From positions 1 to 34,768 of the forward strand of contig DASTGE010000382.1 in assembly GCA_035719405.1 (NCBI GenBank): a DNA stretch of 34,768 nucleotides, read 5' to 3'. Source of the DNA: Burkholderiaceae bacterium. Its GTDB lineage: Bacteria; Pseudomonadota; Gammaproteobacteria; Burkholderiales; Burkholderiaceae_C. A program made the position numbers and the translations under genes. Below are positions 1 to 9,509 of the stretch, one piece after another. Position 1 is the first letter of the stretch, and every line of letters begins with the position of its first letter. The notes beneath the pieces are model-generated. The model was given only the letters and a program-made list of their open reading frames with translations, did not search any database and was not told the origin of the DNA.

Positions 1-61
1 TCAAACCTCACGCTCGCTGTGCATACAAGGGCTGACCTCTAAAGTTCGGTGGATTGGGCTA
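1..61. mobile_element. Possible end of an insertion sequence (TA-targeting, IS630-like) interrupting the beta-helix gene
   Basis: Abrupt change to AT-richer, non-coding-looking DNA beginning at TA (60-61), at the point where the protein stops resembling its family. No transposase or second end is in the window. Confidence 0.25.
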
Positions 62-737
62 TGCCGCCATCGCCGTCGATGAGTCGGTTGTGGAGAATTC
101 GGCTGCGGCGCGCCCGCGACTTGAGAAGGTGCCCGCGGAAGCCCCCCGAAAAGCGGCAGCGGCTCACCACGAGTTCGCCGATGGTGCCGGCATAAAGCAG
201 ATGATGCAGCGCGCCTTCGTGGCGGGGCGCCTGGCCGAACTCGCAGTCATCGAGACTCAGCATCGCGGAGGGATCGTTGGCGGTGAGCAGGCCCATTTCG
301 TTGTCGAGAAAGGCGCAACCGCGCACCATCAGCCGGCCTCGCTCGAAGCGGACCCCGGCACCGTTGCCGCTGGCGACGCGGCAGCCGCGCAGTTCGAGGT
401 TTTCGAGCGTGACGTTGTCGGCCCGCACGACGAGGATGGCCTTGCCTTCGGCATCCTGGCCGTCCGCGTGGAGCACAGGCCGGGGCGGGAGGCCGCGAAT
501 GCGCAACCCGTTCTTCTCGATGACGCCGACCTCGCCGTGATACACCCCCGGCAGCAGATCAATCGTGTCGCCCGGTGCCGCTTGCATGAGCGCATCGCGC
601 AGCGTCGGCAGGCGGCCGCCGGGTCCGACAGTCCATCGAGCGGCAAGTGCATGCAGCGGATACGAAAAGGCGGCGGCGAGGGTCGCCCAGCGAAGGGCTG
701 TACGGCGGGTGAAGAGGCGGTCGCGGGGACGGGGCAC
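39..737 (-). pseudogene. Secreted right-handed beta-helix (pectate-lyase-like) protein, apparently 3'-truncated
   Basis: Twin-Arg-like signal peptide (RRTALRWATLAAAF...ALA). Beta-helix motifs (AAPGDTIDLLPGVY, GNGAGVRFE, FLDNEMGLLT, HLLKSRA). The frame stops just after IDGDGG, where I recall this family continuing ASYE.DLPNGG. Confidence 0.6.
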
Positions 738-785
738 GACGGCGGGCGCGATGGAAGCGCGAAAAGGTGGTGAGCGGCGTGGATT

Positions 786-802
786 CTGGCACGCAGCCCG
801 CT
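786..802 (+). promoter_or_regulatory. Candidate sigma-54 (-24/-12) promoter upstream of the O-acylation genes
   Basis: CTGGCACGCAGCCCGCT has GG at 788-789 and GC at 800-801 with exact N10 spacing, but CC replaces the consensus TT. PEP-CTERM loci are associated with sigma-54/PrsR control. Confidence 0.35.
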
Positions 803-928
803 GCGGTGCGCCTGATGTGCTTCGTCTTTATCGCATCCCTCGATCATGGGGTCGAGCGAAACAGGTCGTGCGTACGCCGGGTGAGATACTTTCCTTCATC
901 CTGGGCAGGCCGAGCCACCAAGCATCAC

Positions 929-2401
929 ATGCTCTTCACGACCGCGGCGTTCGCGTGCGCCTTTCTGCCTATCGTTCTGCTCATGTTCTTCGCCGCGCCG
1001 AATCCCGCGTGGGCCGCGGGCTGGCTCTTTGCCGTCTCGATGTTTTTCTACGGTGTGTGGATGCCGCAGTTCACGCTGCTGCTGGCGGTTTCCATCGTGG
1101 TCAACTTCTTCATCGGTCGGCGCATCTGCGCCTGCGTCGATGCCGGTCTTCCAGGCCATGGGTGGCTGTGGTGTGGCGTCGTGTTCGACCTCGCGCTGCT
1201 CGGCTACTTCAAGTATTGCAACTTCTTTCTCGACAATCTCTCGGTATTGATCGGCGCCAACTGGGTGCATGCCGAGATCGTGTTGCCGATCGGCATCTCG
1301 TTCTTCACCTTCACGCAGATCGCCTTTCTCGTCGACGCATCACGCGGCAAGGTGCATGACCCGAGATTCGTGCACTACGGTTTGTTCGTCACCTACTTTC
1401 CGCATCTCATTGCCGGGCCGATCCTGCATCACGCGCCGATGATGAGGCAATTCGCGGATTCGAGAATCTACAGGTTCAACCTCGATTCGTTCAGCGTTGG
1501 CGCCATCATCTTCAGCCTGGGATTGCTCAAGAAGGTCGTGCTTGCGGACGGGATTTCGCCATATGCCGACGCAGTGTTCGTTCCGGTCGACGGGGGTGTC
1601 GCGCCTTCCATCACCGAAGCCTGGCTCGGCGCCGTGGCGTACACGCTGCAGCTGTATTTCGACTTCTCCGGCTATTCGGACATGGCGATCGGATTGTCAA
1701 AAATCTTCAACATCGAATTGCCGGTGAATTTCAATTCGCCCTACCGCGCGACGAGCATCGTGGAGTTCTGGCGACGCTGGCATATTTCGCTGTCGTCATT
1801 TCTGCGCGATTATCTCTACGTGGCGCTGGGCGGAAATCGACACGGCACCGCGAGGCGATACGCCAATCTGATGGCGACGATGGTGCTGGGCGGGCTGTGG
1901 CATGGCGCAAGCTGGTCGTTCGTCTTCTGGGGCACGCTGCACGGCATCTACCTGATCGTCAACCACGGCTTTCGCACACTGTCTCCGGTGTCTGCGCAGC
2001 CGAGGACCGGCCCGCGGGCTTGGCTGGGATCGTCGGGCTCGTGGCTGCTGACCATGCTCTGCGTCATGGTGGCCTGGGTCTTCTTCCGGGCAGAGACTCT
2101 CGGCGGCGCGTTGCGGATGCTCGACTCCATGATCGGGCGACATGCGACGGCGGATCCGGTGCTTCTGTGGAACGCCGGTCTTGCGGCGAACGTGGGCATC
2201 GGGTGGTGCGCCGTGCTCGGAATGCTTGCGCTGATTCCGTTCAATTCCCATCGCATCGAGCAGTCTGTGCGTCGGCTGCTTTCCGATCGTGGCCGCGTGA
2301 GCGCTGCGATGGCAGGAATGGCCAGCACGCTGGTGCTGCTTTGCGTTCTGATCAACACGTCCCGGCAGTCAGCGAGTGCCTTCATCTATTTCAACTTCTA
2401 G
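929..2401 (+). CDS. MBOAT family O-acyltransferase (AlgI/DltB-like)
   Basis: LPIGISFFTF, FPHLIAGPI, YFDFSGYSDMAIG, FWRRWHISLS, GGLWHGA (catalytic His) and C-terminal FIYFNF. ATG 929 (MLFTT) fits the family N-terminus better than the track start at 767. Confidence 0.95.
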   Translation: MLFTTAAFACAFLPIVLLMFFAAPNPAWAAGWLFAVSMFFYGVWMPQFTLLLAVSIVVNFFIGRRICACVDAGLPGHGWLWCGVVFDLALLGYFKYCNFFLDNLSVLIGANWVHAEIVLPIGISFFTFTQIAFLVDASRGKVHDPRFVHYGLFVTYFPHLIAGPILHHAPMMRQFADSRIYRFNLDSFSVGAIIFSLGLLKKVVLADGISPYADAVFVPVDGGVAPSITEAWLGAVAYTLQLYFDFSGYSDMAIGLSKIFNIELPVNFNSPYRATSIVEFWRRWHISLSSFLRDYLYVALGGNRHGTARRYANLMATMVLGGLWHGASWSFVFWGTLHGIYLIVNHGFRTLSPVSAQPRTGPRAWLGSSGSWLLTMLCVMVAWVFFRAETLGGALRMLDSMIGRHATADPVLLWNAGLAANVGIGWCAVLGMLALIPFNSHRIEQSVRRLLSDRGRVSAAMAGMASTLVLLCVLINTSRQSASAFIYFNF

Positions 2402-3746
2402 GACCTGGCGCGGTCACGTCGTGTCGGCTCTCGCCGGTGTCGCTGTGGTCCTGCTCGCGATCGAGTTGCTCTGCCGTGTCCTGCCCGTGTCGACCTCGAC
2501 GCGCACCGGGTATTACGTGGATCCCTTGATCATGTCTTATCCGGCCGGCCATTCCTGGACGGTCTCCACCGGGTGGGACCTTCGCAATCCTCATCGGCTG
2601 CACGCGAACAACGCCGGCTTCTCGGCGGCGCGCGATTTTGTCGCCGACCCCCTTGCCGTCGCCCTGATCGGTGACAGCTTCGTGGAGGCGTCGATGCTCG
2701 ATCCTTCAGATCGGCCGGAGGCGCAATTGGAACGTCATCTCGGGGGCCGGCCGGTGTACGCAATGGGCTTTCCCGGGACCTCGCTGCTCGACTATGCCGA
2801 AAGGATCCGGCTGGCACACGAGCGATGGGGCGTGCGCGACTTCGTCGTGCTGATGGAGCGCGGCGACGTCAAGCAGTCCTTGTGCGGCTCGGGCAACATC
2901 GCCGCGATGTGCCTGGATCCCGTCACGCTGACGCATCGCGTGGAAAAGGCGGCCGAACCTGGCTGGATGAAGCAGGCGATGCGGGAGTCGGCCGTCGCGC
3001 AGTATCTGGTCGGGCAGCTGAAAGTGTCGCCGCGGCGAGTGTGGCAGCAGGCCATCGCGCAGGCGAGGCCGGCGGCAAAGCCCGGTGCGGGCGTTGCGGC
3101 GCAGGGCGCCACAGGCGGCGGGGAGACTTCGGGGGACATGAAAGTGGTGGACGAGGTCGCGAGCACTTTTTTCGATCGGGTCGAAGGCCATGTGCTCGGG
3201 CGCCTCGTGCTTGTTCTCGACGCGGACAGGCGACCGATTTCGACAAGCGGCAGGGAGGTTTCTGATCCGGCTCGCCGTCGCTTCATCGAGATTGCGCGGG
3301 CGCGCGGCGCGTTGGTGGTCGATGGGGAGCCGATATTTCGCGCCCATGCGCAACGATCAAGGTGGAGTCTCGATGTCGGGCCGTACGATGCGCATTTGAA
3401 TCCGATTGGCCTGCGGCTGCTGATGAGCGCTGCGGCAGCGCAGCTGGCGCCTCGCTTTGAAGGAGCCGTTGCGCATCCGGAGCCTGCGGGCGAAGGGATG
3501 GTAGAGTCCAGGCCGCCCTATTCGGGACGAGGACGAGGCCGGGCACGGAAGTTGTCATTTTGTTCAAATCTAACGACGCTGCGTGGCCAACAGGGGCAAC
3601 GCATTCGAACGCTTTTGATGCAATCCGCCTGGTCGCGGCCTTTGCGGTGCTTTTCAGCCACGGCTTCGCACTGCTCGGGCTGCGCGAACCAAGTCTTTTC
3701 GGACGGACGCTCGGGTCCGTGGCGGTGTGTGTCTTCTTCAGCCTGA
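2376..3746 (+). CDS. Membrane-anchored SGNH-fold O-acetyltransferase (AlgJ/PatB-like); true end probably near 3460
   Basis: N-terminal TM helix, IGDSFVEA (GDS block) and PYDAHLN (DxH). Overlaps the MBOAT 3' end. The last ~95 codons look like run-on into the next gene. Confidence 0.75.
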   Translation: MPSSISTSRTWRGHVVSALAGVAVVLLAIELLCRVLPVSTSTRTGYYVDPLIMSYPAGHSWTVSTGWDLRNPHRLHANNAGFSAARDFVADPLAVALIGDSFVEASMLDPSDRPEAQLERHLGGRPVYAMGFPGTSLLDYAERIRLAHERWGVRDFVVLMERGDVKQSLCGSGNIAAMCLDPVTLTHRVEKAAEPGWMKQAMRESAVAQYLVGQLKVSPRRVWQQAIAQARPAAKPGAGVAAQGATGGGETSGDMKVVDEVASTFFDRVEGHVLGRLVLVLDADRRPISTSGREVSDPARRRFIEIARARGALVVDGEPIFRAHAQRSRWSLDVGPYDAHLNPIGLRLLMSAAAAQLAPRFEGAVAHPEPAGEGMVESRPPYSGRGRGRARKLSFCSNLTTLRGQQGQRIRTLLMQSAWSRPLRCFSATASHCSGCANQVFSDGRSGPWRCVSSSA

Positions 3747-4609
3747 GCGGCTATCTGATCTGCCAAAGCTGGGAGCGCGACCCGTCGACGAAGCGCTTCC
3801 TTGTGCGCCGATTGCTCCGCATCATGCCGGGACTCGTCGTTGCCGTCATCTTCTGCGCGCTGGTCGTCGGACCGCTGGCAACCGGCCTTCCGCTTGATCG
3901 TTACCTGTCTTCGCCCGCGGTATGGTCGTTCGTCCTCGACAACATTTCCCTGCTCCGACCGAACAGCGCGTTGCCGGGCGTCTTCCAGACGCAATCCATT
4001 CACGCGGTCAACGGCTCACTCTGGACGCTGCGCTATGAAGCCTTGATGTATCTGCTGTTGATGGGCTTCGGCATGACGGGAGCGCTGCGTCGATGGGTAC
4101 CCTTTCTGCTTGCCGGCGCAGTCTTAGCTGCAACCGCGTTTCATTGGATCGACCCGGCTCATGTGCCTCTGATGTGGCGTGTGGATTTGAGTGCCGGAAA
4201 GCTGGCGGAGCTGAGCGCGTCTTTCTTTGCGGGGGCGACGCTGTACCTGTTTCGGGGCCGCATTCCCTTGCGGTGGGCGCCTGCGGTGCTTCTGATCCCG
4301 GTCATGCAATTGCTGCCCGGCACCGTGCTGCTTGCCCTGCCGTACCTCACGATCACGGCGGCGCAACGTCTGTGCCTGCCAATGAAGAACGACGTGTCCT
4401 ACGGCGTCTACATCTATGCTTTTCCGGTTCAGCAGCTGTTTTCCCGCTATGCACTGGCCCATGGACTGGGATGGTTGCCGGTTCTGCTGGCGTCGACGGC
4501 AGTGACGTTCGTCCTCGCCGTACTGTCGTGGATTCTTGTCGAGAAGCCATCGCTGTCACTGAAGCAGCGTGGCCGCGCCTCGCTCAAGCACGCTTGCTCC
4601 TCGGCTTAA
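3560..4609 (+). CDS. Acyltransferase family 3 (OafA-like) integral membrane O-acyltransferase
   Basis: FDAIRLVAAFAVLFSHG, FFSLSGYLI, RRLLRIMP, NGSLWTLRYE, DVSYGVYIYAFP, SWILVEKP. The TTG start is uncertain. Confidence 0.92.
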   Translation: MFKSNDAAWPTGATHSNAFDAIRLVAAFAVLFSHGFALLGLREPSLFGRTLGSVAVCVFFSLSGYLICQSWERDPSTKRFLVRRLLRIMPGLVVAVIFCALVVGPLATGLPLDRYLSSPAVWSFVLDNISLLRPNSALPGVFQTQSIHAVNGSLWTLRYEALMYLLLMGFGMTGALRRWVPFLLAGAVLAATAFHWIDPAHVPLMWRVDLSAGKLAELSASFFAGATLYLFRGRIPLRWAPAVLLIPVMQLLPGTVLLALPYLTITAAQRLCLPMKNDVSYGVYIYAFPVQQLFSRYALAHGLGWLPVLLASTAVTFVLAVLSWILVEKPSLSLKQRGRASLKHACSSA

Positions 4610-4642
4610 GTGTCCGGGCCGCGCAGGACGTTCTGCTAATTT

Positions 4643-7600
4643 CTATCTGACTTTTCGCGCCACGCTGCCGTGGTGGATAGAGCGGTGCTGGCGCGATCGA
4701 AGTCCGCCCGCTGAAAGGGCCGCCAAAGCCAGGAAGGCAAGCAACAGGCGCGGATCGTTGATGATCGCGCTGCAGCTTCCAATCACCAGCCAGCCGACGA
4801 GTGCGGAGACCGCTGCGGCCCCTGCCAGGTCGCCTTCCCATATCGAACGGGCCCCGCGCAACAACGCCAGCGCGACGAGGGCGCCGATGGTGGCGAGCCC
4901 GAACACGCCTGATTCGACCCACAGCATCAAAGGCAAGCTGCCGGCATGGGATGCCGAAGGGTTGTCAGAAGCAAAGAGCCAGTTGTGGATCCCATCGGCG
5001 AAGTCGCCGTTGCGAAGCAGCTTCCGATCCATGCGGTCGCGCAGAGACAGGCGGGCGATGTCGATGCGGTCGTTCCCGTCGGGGGTGCGGATGGTCAGCA
5101 CCACGTTCCGGGCCAGCCACGAAGGGCGCCAGTCGAACGTATCGGTGTTGAACGGCAGTCGGATGTGCTGCCACCGTTCCGGCTCGTTTGCGCGTGCCTC
5201 CAGCTCTATACACGAGAAGGAGGTTTCCATCGCCTTTTCGCAGACCGACACCGACACCTTGATCTGGGGCGATGGCGAGCGCACGTCAAGCTCAAACACG
5301 TAGGCTTCGGAGGCGCGTACGGGGACGATTTGTTCAAGTCGGCCGGACTTGCCGCTGCCCAGCCGCATGAAAGGCCTTCCATCGTCTTTCAGAACGCGCA
5401 CATTGCCCTGGCGCTCCACTCTCCAGAACCAGGTTTCGGGGAACTTGCCGAGGCCGATGCCGAGCAAAGGGCCATTCCTCGCCAACCTCGGGAGGGTGGC
5501 GATGATCGGGACACGATGAAGTTGTTCTTCGATGTCGGCCACGTCCGCTTCACCCTGTCCTCGGTCCGAGGCTCTCACCGCAACGGACAACACCGCCGCG
5601 ACCAGCACGAGAACGAACACCGAAAGGGGTGCTGACGCATAAACGGATCGCACTGATCGCGAGCGGACGAACGCCATGCCCATCATGAGTACGACCGCCA
5701 GCAGCGCAACAGATCCAGCCAGCGTGTACCGGAAGGCGACAGCAGCGGCAAACGCCAGTGACACCCCGACGAGCAACATTCGCAAGGGAACTCGCCGGGC
5801 ACCGGCAGCGGCCAGCAGCAGAAACGAGAAGGCGGCGACGAGGTAGGCCTCGACGCCGTATTCTCGTGAGCGGGCATTGTCGAGCGGGCGGGGTGGCGTC
5901 GCGGCGCGGAAGAAATCGTCGAGCGGGGATGCGGCGAGGTGCTGATGGAGCATCGACAGCACAACCAGTGCGATCCCGATCACTGCGCCTGCGGCCAGCG
6001 CCTTTATGGTGTCGCGTCCGTTGCGCTGAAGGCGTGAGGCCAGCAGGGCCAGCACGGCTGCCCAAAGCGCACCCTTGCCGACTCGAATGGCATTCAAGGA
6101 CCCATGCAGCGTCTCCCACCCTTCCGCCCCTCGCCAGGGAAGCATCCCGTGCAGGCCGGCAAGCAGCAGCGCGCCAATGGCTGCACCGAAGGCCAGCCGA
6201 AGCGCCACGTCCCCGCCAAAGGCGGGCGCCATCGGTCGTGCACGCAGCCACGCGGTGCTGGTCACGACGAGGAGCAGCAGGTCGAACTCGTCGATGAGCA
6301 GACGACCGGTCCACACAGCGAGGTCGAACACGGGCAGCGCGGCCACTGCCCATGCCAAGGCCAGAGACGGGTGGTGCCAGCAGGTGATCAGTGCCGTCGC
6401 CAGCACAAGCGCAAGCACGACTCGCTGAGCCGGGAAGAGGGCCACGACCGCGGCAACTGCGGCGAGCACAAGCAGCCATGGCACGATGCCGAGCGCCGGC
6501 GCTTCAACGACCGGCTCGACAGGTGGGGAATGCGCGGTCCGCTCTGCAGTCGCGGACCGGAAGCCGAGCGTGAGCAACTCCCAGGCGGCGCCGGCTGCTG
6601 CGGCGGCGATCAGCACGTTGGTTGGATCGGGCTTGGCGCCGTCGAGGAAGAGCTTGATGCCTTCGACCATGCAGGCCGCGATCGCTGCCAGAAAGCTGCC
6701 GAAGCGTGCAGGACGGGACTGCGTCCAGGCGAGCAGCCCGAAGGGAACGTAGGCGAATGCCACGGCCACCAGACTTCGCAGCGCATGCGCCTCACTGGTG
6801 TAGTAGTGGTAGTAGAAGGGCATCCACCGCATCTCGCGCCATGTGGCCATTGCATGGGAGGCATCAGCCCACGGATGAGCGAACAAGCCGCTTGAGACGA
6901 GCAGCAGTCCGATATAAGCCGGCAGCAGCCAGGGCAGATGGCGACGTGTGGCTTTCGAGATGTCGGATGCCGACAGTTGGGGGAATGCCTCGCTCAACAT
7001 CGCGCCTGTTGCGACACCGAGCACCCGCGTGAGGACGGAGGCGCCCTGGCTGACGCCGGACACCAGCAGGAACTGCAAGCCCTCGATCATCACGCCCAGC
7101 GTCAGGCCGGCAACGGCGCAACCCCCGACGGAAAAGCCACGTCGCCGCGCCAGCCAGACGCCAATGGGCACGACCGTGACGACCTCAAGCGCCAGCGTGA
7201 GGATGGCGGCAGGTCCGGCTCCCGAGCCGGCCCACCACCATCGGGCCTCGTTCATGGTCAGCTTGCCGCGCAGTTCGGCGGCATTGAGCACGAAGTCGTA
7301 GGGGAACAGGCTGTAGGCGAACCAGGCAAGCAGGTAGGCCGCAAGCCATTGTTCACGCATCCGCGTCGCCGTGATGCGGCCGCTGGCGAGCAGGGCCGAA
7401 AACCAGCGTGATCCCCATAAGGCCGCAGCCGCCCCTCCGACCGCCCCCAACGCCTCGGCGGTCATGTCATTGAGCGAGACGGTGCGTGGAGGAAAGAAGA
7501 CCTGGGCGAACTCGACTGACACCGCGAGCGCGGCCGCGAGCACACTACTCGTGGCCGCGGAGATCCATCCCGGGACTCCCCTGCGCAGCAGCCAGTGTGC

Positions 7601-7861
7601 ACAGAGAAAGCCACTCGGCACATAGAGGACGAAGTTGGCGATCAGGTCCGCCCGGCCGCCGGCGCCGATGTGCAGCAGGGGAGCATTCGAGAAGCGCCGC
7701 CAGGCTTCGTCCAACGGCACTGGCACGAAGTCGAGAGGAACGAGGCTGCCGTAGATGACGAACGCGGTCCAGGCGAGCCACAACCTCAGCGCGAGGCGGT
7801 GATCATGGGGGCGCTGGGGCCCAGGCAGTGCAGCCGATTCCCGGCCGAATGCGTAGCTCAC
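4643..7861 (-). CDS. Large VanZ-family membrane protein fused to an O-antigen-ligase-like region with a periplasmic carbohydrate-binding-like insert
   Basis: VanZ-type units (VIYGSLVP, DLIANFVLYVPSG, VEFAQVFFPPRTVSLND; later IEGLQ and VEGIKLF). The C-terminal half is collinear with ORF 12807-14942 (IDEFDLL, GIGLGKFP, LLRNGDFADG). Confidence 0.8.
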   Translation of the reverse strand: MSYAFGRESAALPGPQRPHDHRLALRLWLAWTAFVIYGSLVPLDFVPVPLDEAWRRFSNAPLLHIGAGGRADLIANFVLYVPSGFLCAHWLLRRGVPGWISAATSSVLAAALAVSVEFAQVFFPPRTVSLNDMTAEALGAVGGAAAALWGSRWFSALLASGRITATRMREQWLAAYLLAWFAYSLFPYDFVLNAAELRGKLTMNEARWWWAGSGAGPAAILTLALEVVTVVPIGVWLARRRGFSVGGCAVAGLTLGVMIEGLQFLLVSGVSQGASVLTRVLGVATGAMLSEAFPQLSASDISKATRRHLPWLLPAYIGLLLVSSGLFAHPWADASHAMATWREMRWMPFYYHYYTSEAHALRSLVAVAFAYVPFGLLAWTQSRPARFGSFLAAIAACMVEGIKLFLDGAKPDPTNVLIAAAAAGAAWELLTLGFRSATAERTAHSPPVEPVVEAPALGIVPWLLVLAAVAAVVALFPAQRVVLALVLATALITCWHHPSLALAWAVAALPVFDLAVWTGRLLIDEFDLLLLVVTSTAWLRARPMAPAFGGDVALRLAFGAAIGALLLAGLHGMLPWRGAEGWETLHGSLNAIRVGKGALWAAVLALLASRLQRNGRDTIKALAAGAVIGIALVVLSMLHQHLAASPLDDFFRAATPPRPLDNARSREYGVEAYLVAAFSFLLLAAAGARRVPLRMLLVGVSLAFAAAVAFRYTLAGSVALLAVVLMMGMAFVRSRSVRSVYASAPLSVFVLVLVAAVLSVAVRASDRGQGEADVADIEEQLHRVPIIATLPRLARNGPLLGIGLGKFPETWFWRVERQGNVRVLKDDGRPFMRLGSGKSGRLEQIVPVRASEAYVFELDVRSPSPQIKVSVSVCEKAMETSFSCIELEARANEPERWQHIRLPFNTDTFDWRPSWLARNVVLTIRTPDGNDRIDIARLSLRDRMDRKLLRNGDFADGIHNWLFASDNPSASHAGSLPLMLWVESGVFGLATIGALVALALLRGARSIWEGDLAGAAAVSALVGWLVIGSCSAIINDPRLLLAFLALAALSAGGLRSRQHRSIHHGSVARKVR

Positions 7862-7873
7862 GTTGGTGCCAGG

Positions 7874-8068
7874 TCAGATCGACGCGATCGGCGCCAAACG
7901 CCTGCCAACGAAGTCGACCAGCGTTCCCACGGTGCGGAAGATGACGGCCGGCGAGTGTCGTTCGGCCAGCGCACCGAGCAGGTAGGTGCCGGGCGTGAAG
8001 TTGGCGGAACGCCGGTTCAAGTGCAGCGCCTCGTCGAGGAGCTGAACCACTGATTCTCTGGCATCCAT
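7874..8068 (-). pseudogene. Internally deleted acyl carrier protein of the exosortase-A-locus type
   Basis: MDARESVVQLLDEALHLNRRSANFTPGTYLLGALAE and FRTVGTLVDFV match the two ends of this ACP family. The central LDSMAVV...LEERFG...DDDEI segment is replaced by RHSPAVI. Only 64 aa. Confidence 0.7.
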
Positions 8069-8157
8069 GTGCTTCCGCCTTTGCCGCAACTTGAACGAGA
8101 TGAACGAGTCGGAAAATTCTAGGGCGACGCTCTTTCTCCAAGACCCCGTATCCCCGC

Positions 8158-8180
8158 GGCGGCGGCCATTTGCCGCCGCC
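8158..8180. terminator. GC-rich hairpin just downstream of the beta-barrel gene
   Basis: Perfect 9-bp stem GGCGGCGGC/GCCGCCGCC with a 5-nt loop. No U-tract, so a terminator role is uncertain. Confidence 0.3.
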
Positions 8181-8188
8181 TGACCGTC

Positions 8189-9502
8189 TTAGAAGTACAG
8201 CGTTCCGATCAGCTGCGCACTTCGCTGTTCTGAAGCGGCACCGAAGCGCGACCAGGCCGGGCCCCTCTGTGCTTGCCAGCGCAACGCGATGTCGAAGCCC
8301 TCGAAGCGTCGGCGCGCTTCGAACCAGTATTGCCGGGCGCTTCCCTCGTCGGCCTGCACGAAGCCGCTCAGATCAAAACGACGGACGATGGCATCGCGCC
8401 ATTGTCCATAGACGAAGAGCGAGCGACGCGCGGGCAGCTCCTGGCAGTCGAACGCCCATTGGAGTGCACGGCCCCATGCGAGCGGGTTCGTGGCGCGCAG
8501 CACCTGCCATTCTCCCTTGCGAGGCGCGGCTTCGTTGGCCTGGGCCTCGACGGTGAGTGAAAGGCCGAAGGGAAAGGTGTACGTGCCACCCGCGGCGGCG
8601 CGCGAGCGGAAGCGGGTGTCGGAATCGATTCCCGCGGCCTCATTGGGCAGTGTCGCCATGCTGCCGCCGGCCCACTCGGCATAAACGACGGTCGCGGGGT
8701 TGAGCAGTGCGCTCGCGTCGAAGCCGAACTGAGGGCTGCGCCCCTGCTCGGCATAGGCCAGTCCGCGCACCTGCACTTCGCCGGCAACGCGCTGGCTGAG
8801 GATCGCCAACGCACGGTCCTGGCCGTTGGTACGAGACAGCGAATCGCCGGCCGGCAGGCGGCCTGAAGACGGCTCGGCGGCGAGTCGCGGCGAGAGGACC
8901 AAAGAGGCGGCGCCGGATTCCCACAGCGATTCGCCGCGGAGCATCACACTGCCCAGTCGGTTCTTGCGGCGACTCTCCGGATCGAGCGATACCAGCGTGG
9001 GAACCGCCCTCGCTTTGAAGAAGTCGGTCGGGTTGTAGCCCACCGCGGAGCCGAGCCTCAGGTTCACTCTCCCAGCCTCTGCGGCCCACTCAGGCACCGG
9101 CTGCCAGCCGATGTAGGCCTCTTTCAAAAGCGGGACGGTGCTGCGCCGGTCGCTGTCGGACAGCGGGTCGAAGCTGTCGATCCGATGGGCAACGACCATG
9201 CGCCATTGGGGCGCGAGCTTCTTGTCGAAGCGGAAGTCGAGCGAGGCGCGGCTGTGTGCAGCCCGTGAGTTGTCTCGTACCTTGGTGTCCAGTCCCGCTG
9301 CTTCGAGCACCAGCGTCCAGTCCCGGGTGGGCGCACTCGCCTCGATGGACGGCTGGGCGTCCATCGGCGGGAGGTCGCCTTCCGGTGTGTCGGCGGCCCA
9401 TGCGACGGGAACGATGCAAGCGAGGGTGGAGGCGGCAATCGGAGCAATGCGGGCCAACAGCGGCGCGCGTCGGGCGATCTTCTTCTTGGAATCGGTCTTC
9501 AC
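8189..9502 (-). CDS. Putative outer-membrane beta-barrel protein associated with an ABC exporter
   Basis: Signal peptide (VPVAWA), alternating beta-strand pattern, LKEAYIGW...GYNPTDFF, and C-terminal GTLYF (terminal Phe, BAM-type signal). Confidence 0.8.
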   Translation of the reverse strand: MKTDSKKKIARRAPLLARIAPIAASTLACIVPVAWAADTPEGDLPPMDAQPSIEASAPTRDWTLVLEAAGLDTKVRDNSRAAHSRASLDFRFDKKLAPQWRMVVAHRIDSFDPLSDSDRRSTVPLLKEAYIGWQPVPEWAAEAGRVNLRLGSAVGYNPTDFFKARAVPTLVSLDPESRRKNRLGSVMLRGESLWESGAASLVLSPRLAAEPSSGRLPAGDSLSRTNGQDRALAILSQRVAGEVQVRGLAYAEQGRSPQFGFDASALLNPATVVYAEWAGGSMATLPNEAAGIDSDTRFRSRAAAGGTYTFPFGLSLTVEAQANEAAPRKGEWQVLRATNPLAWGRALQWAFDCQELPARRSLFVYGQWRDAIVRRFDLSGFVQADEGSARQYWFEARRRFEGFDIALRWQAQRGPAWSRFGAASEQRSAQLIGTLYF

Positions 9503-9509
9503 GTGCTGG

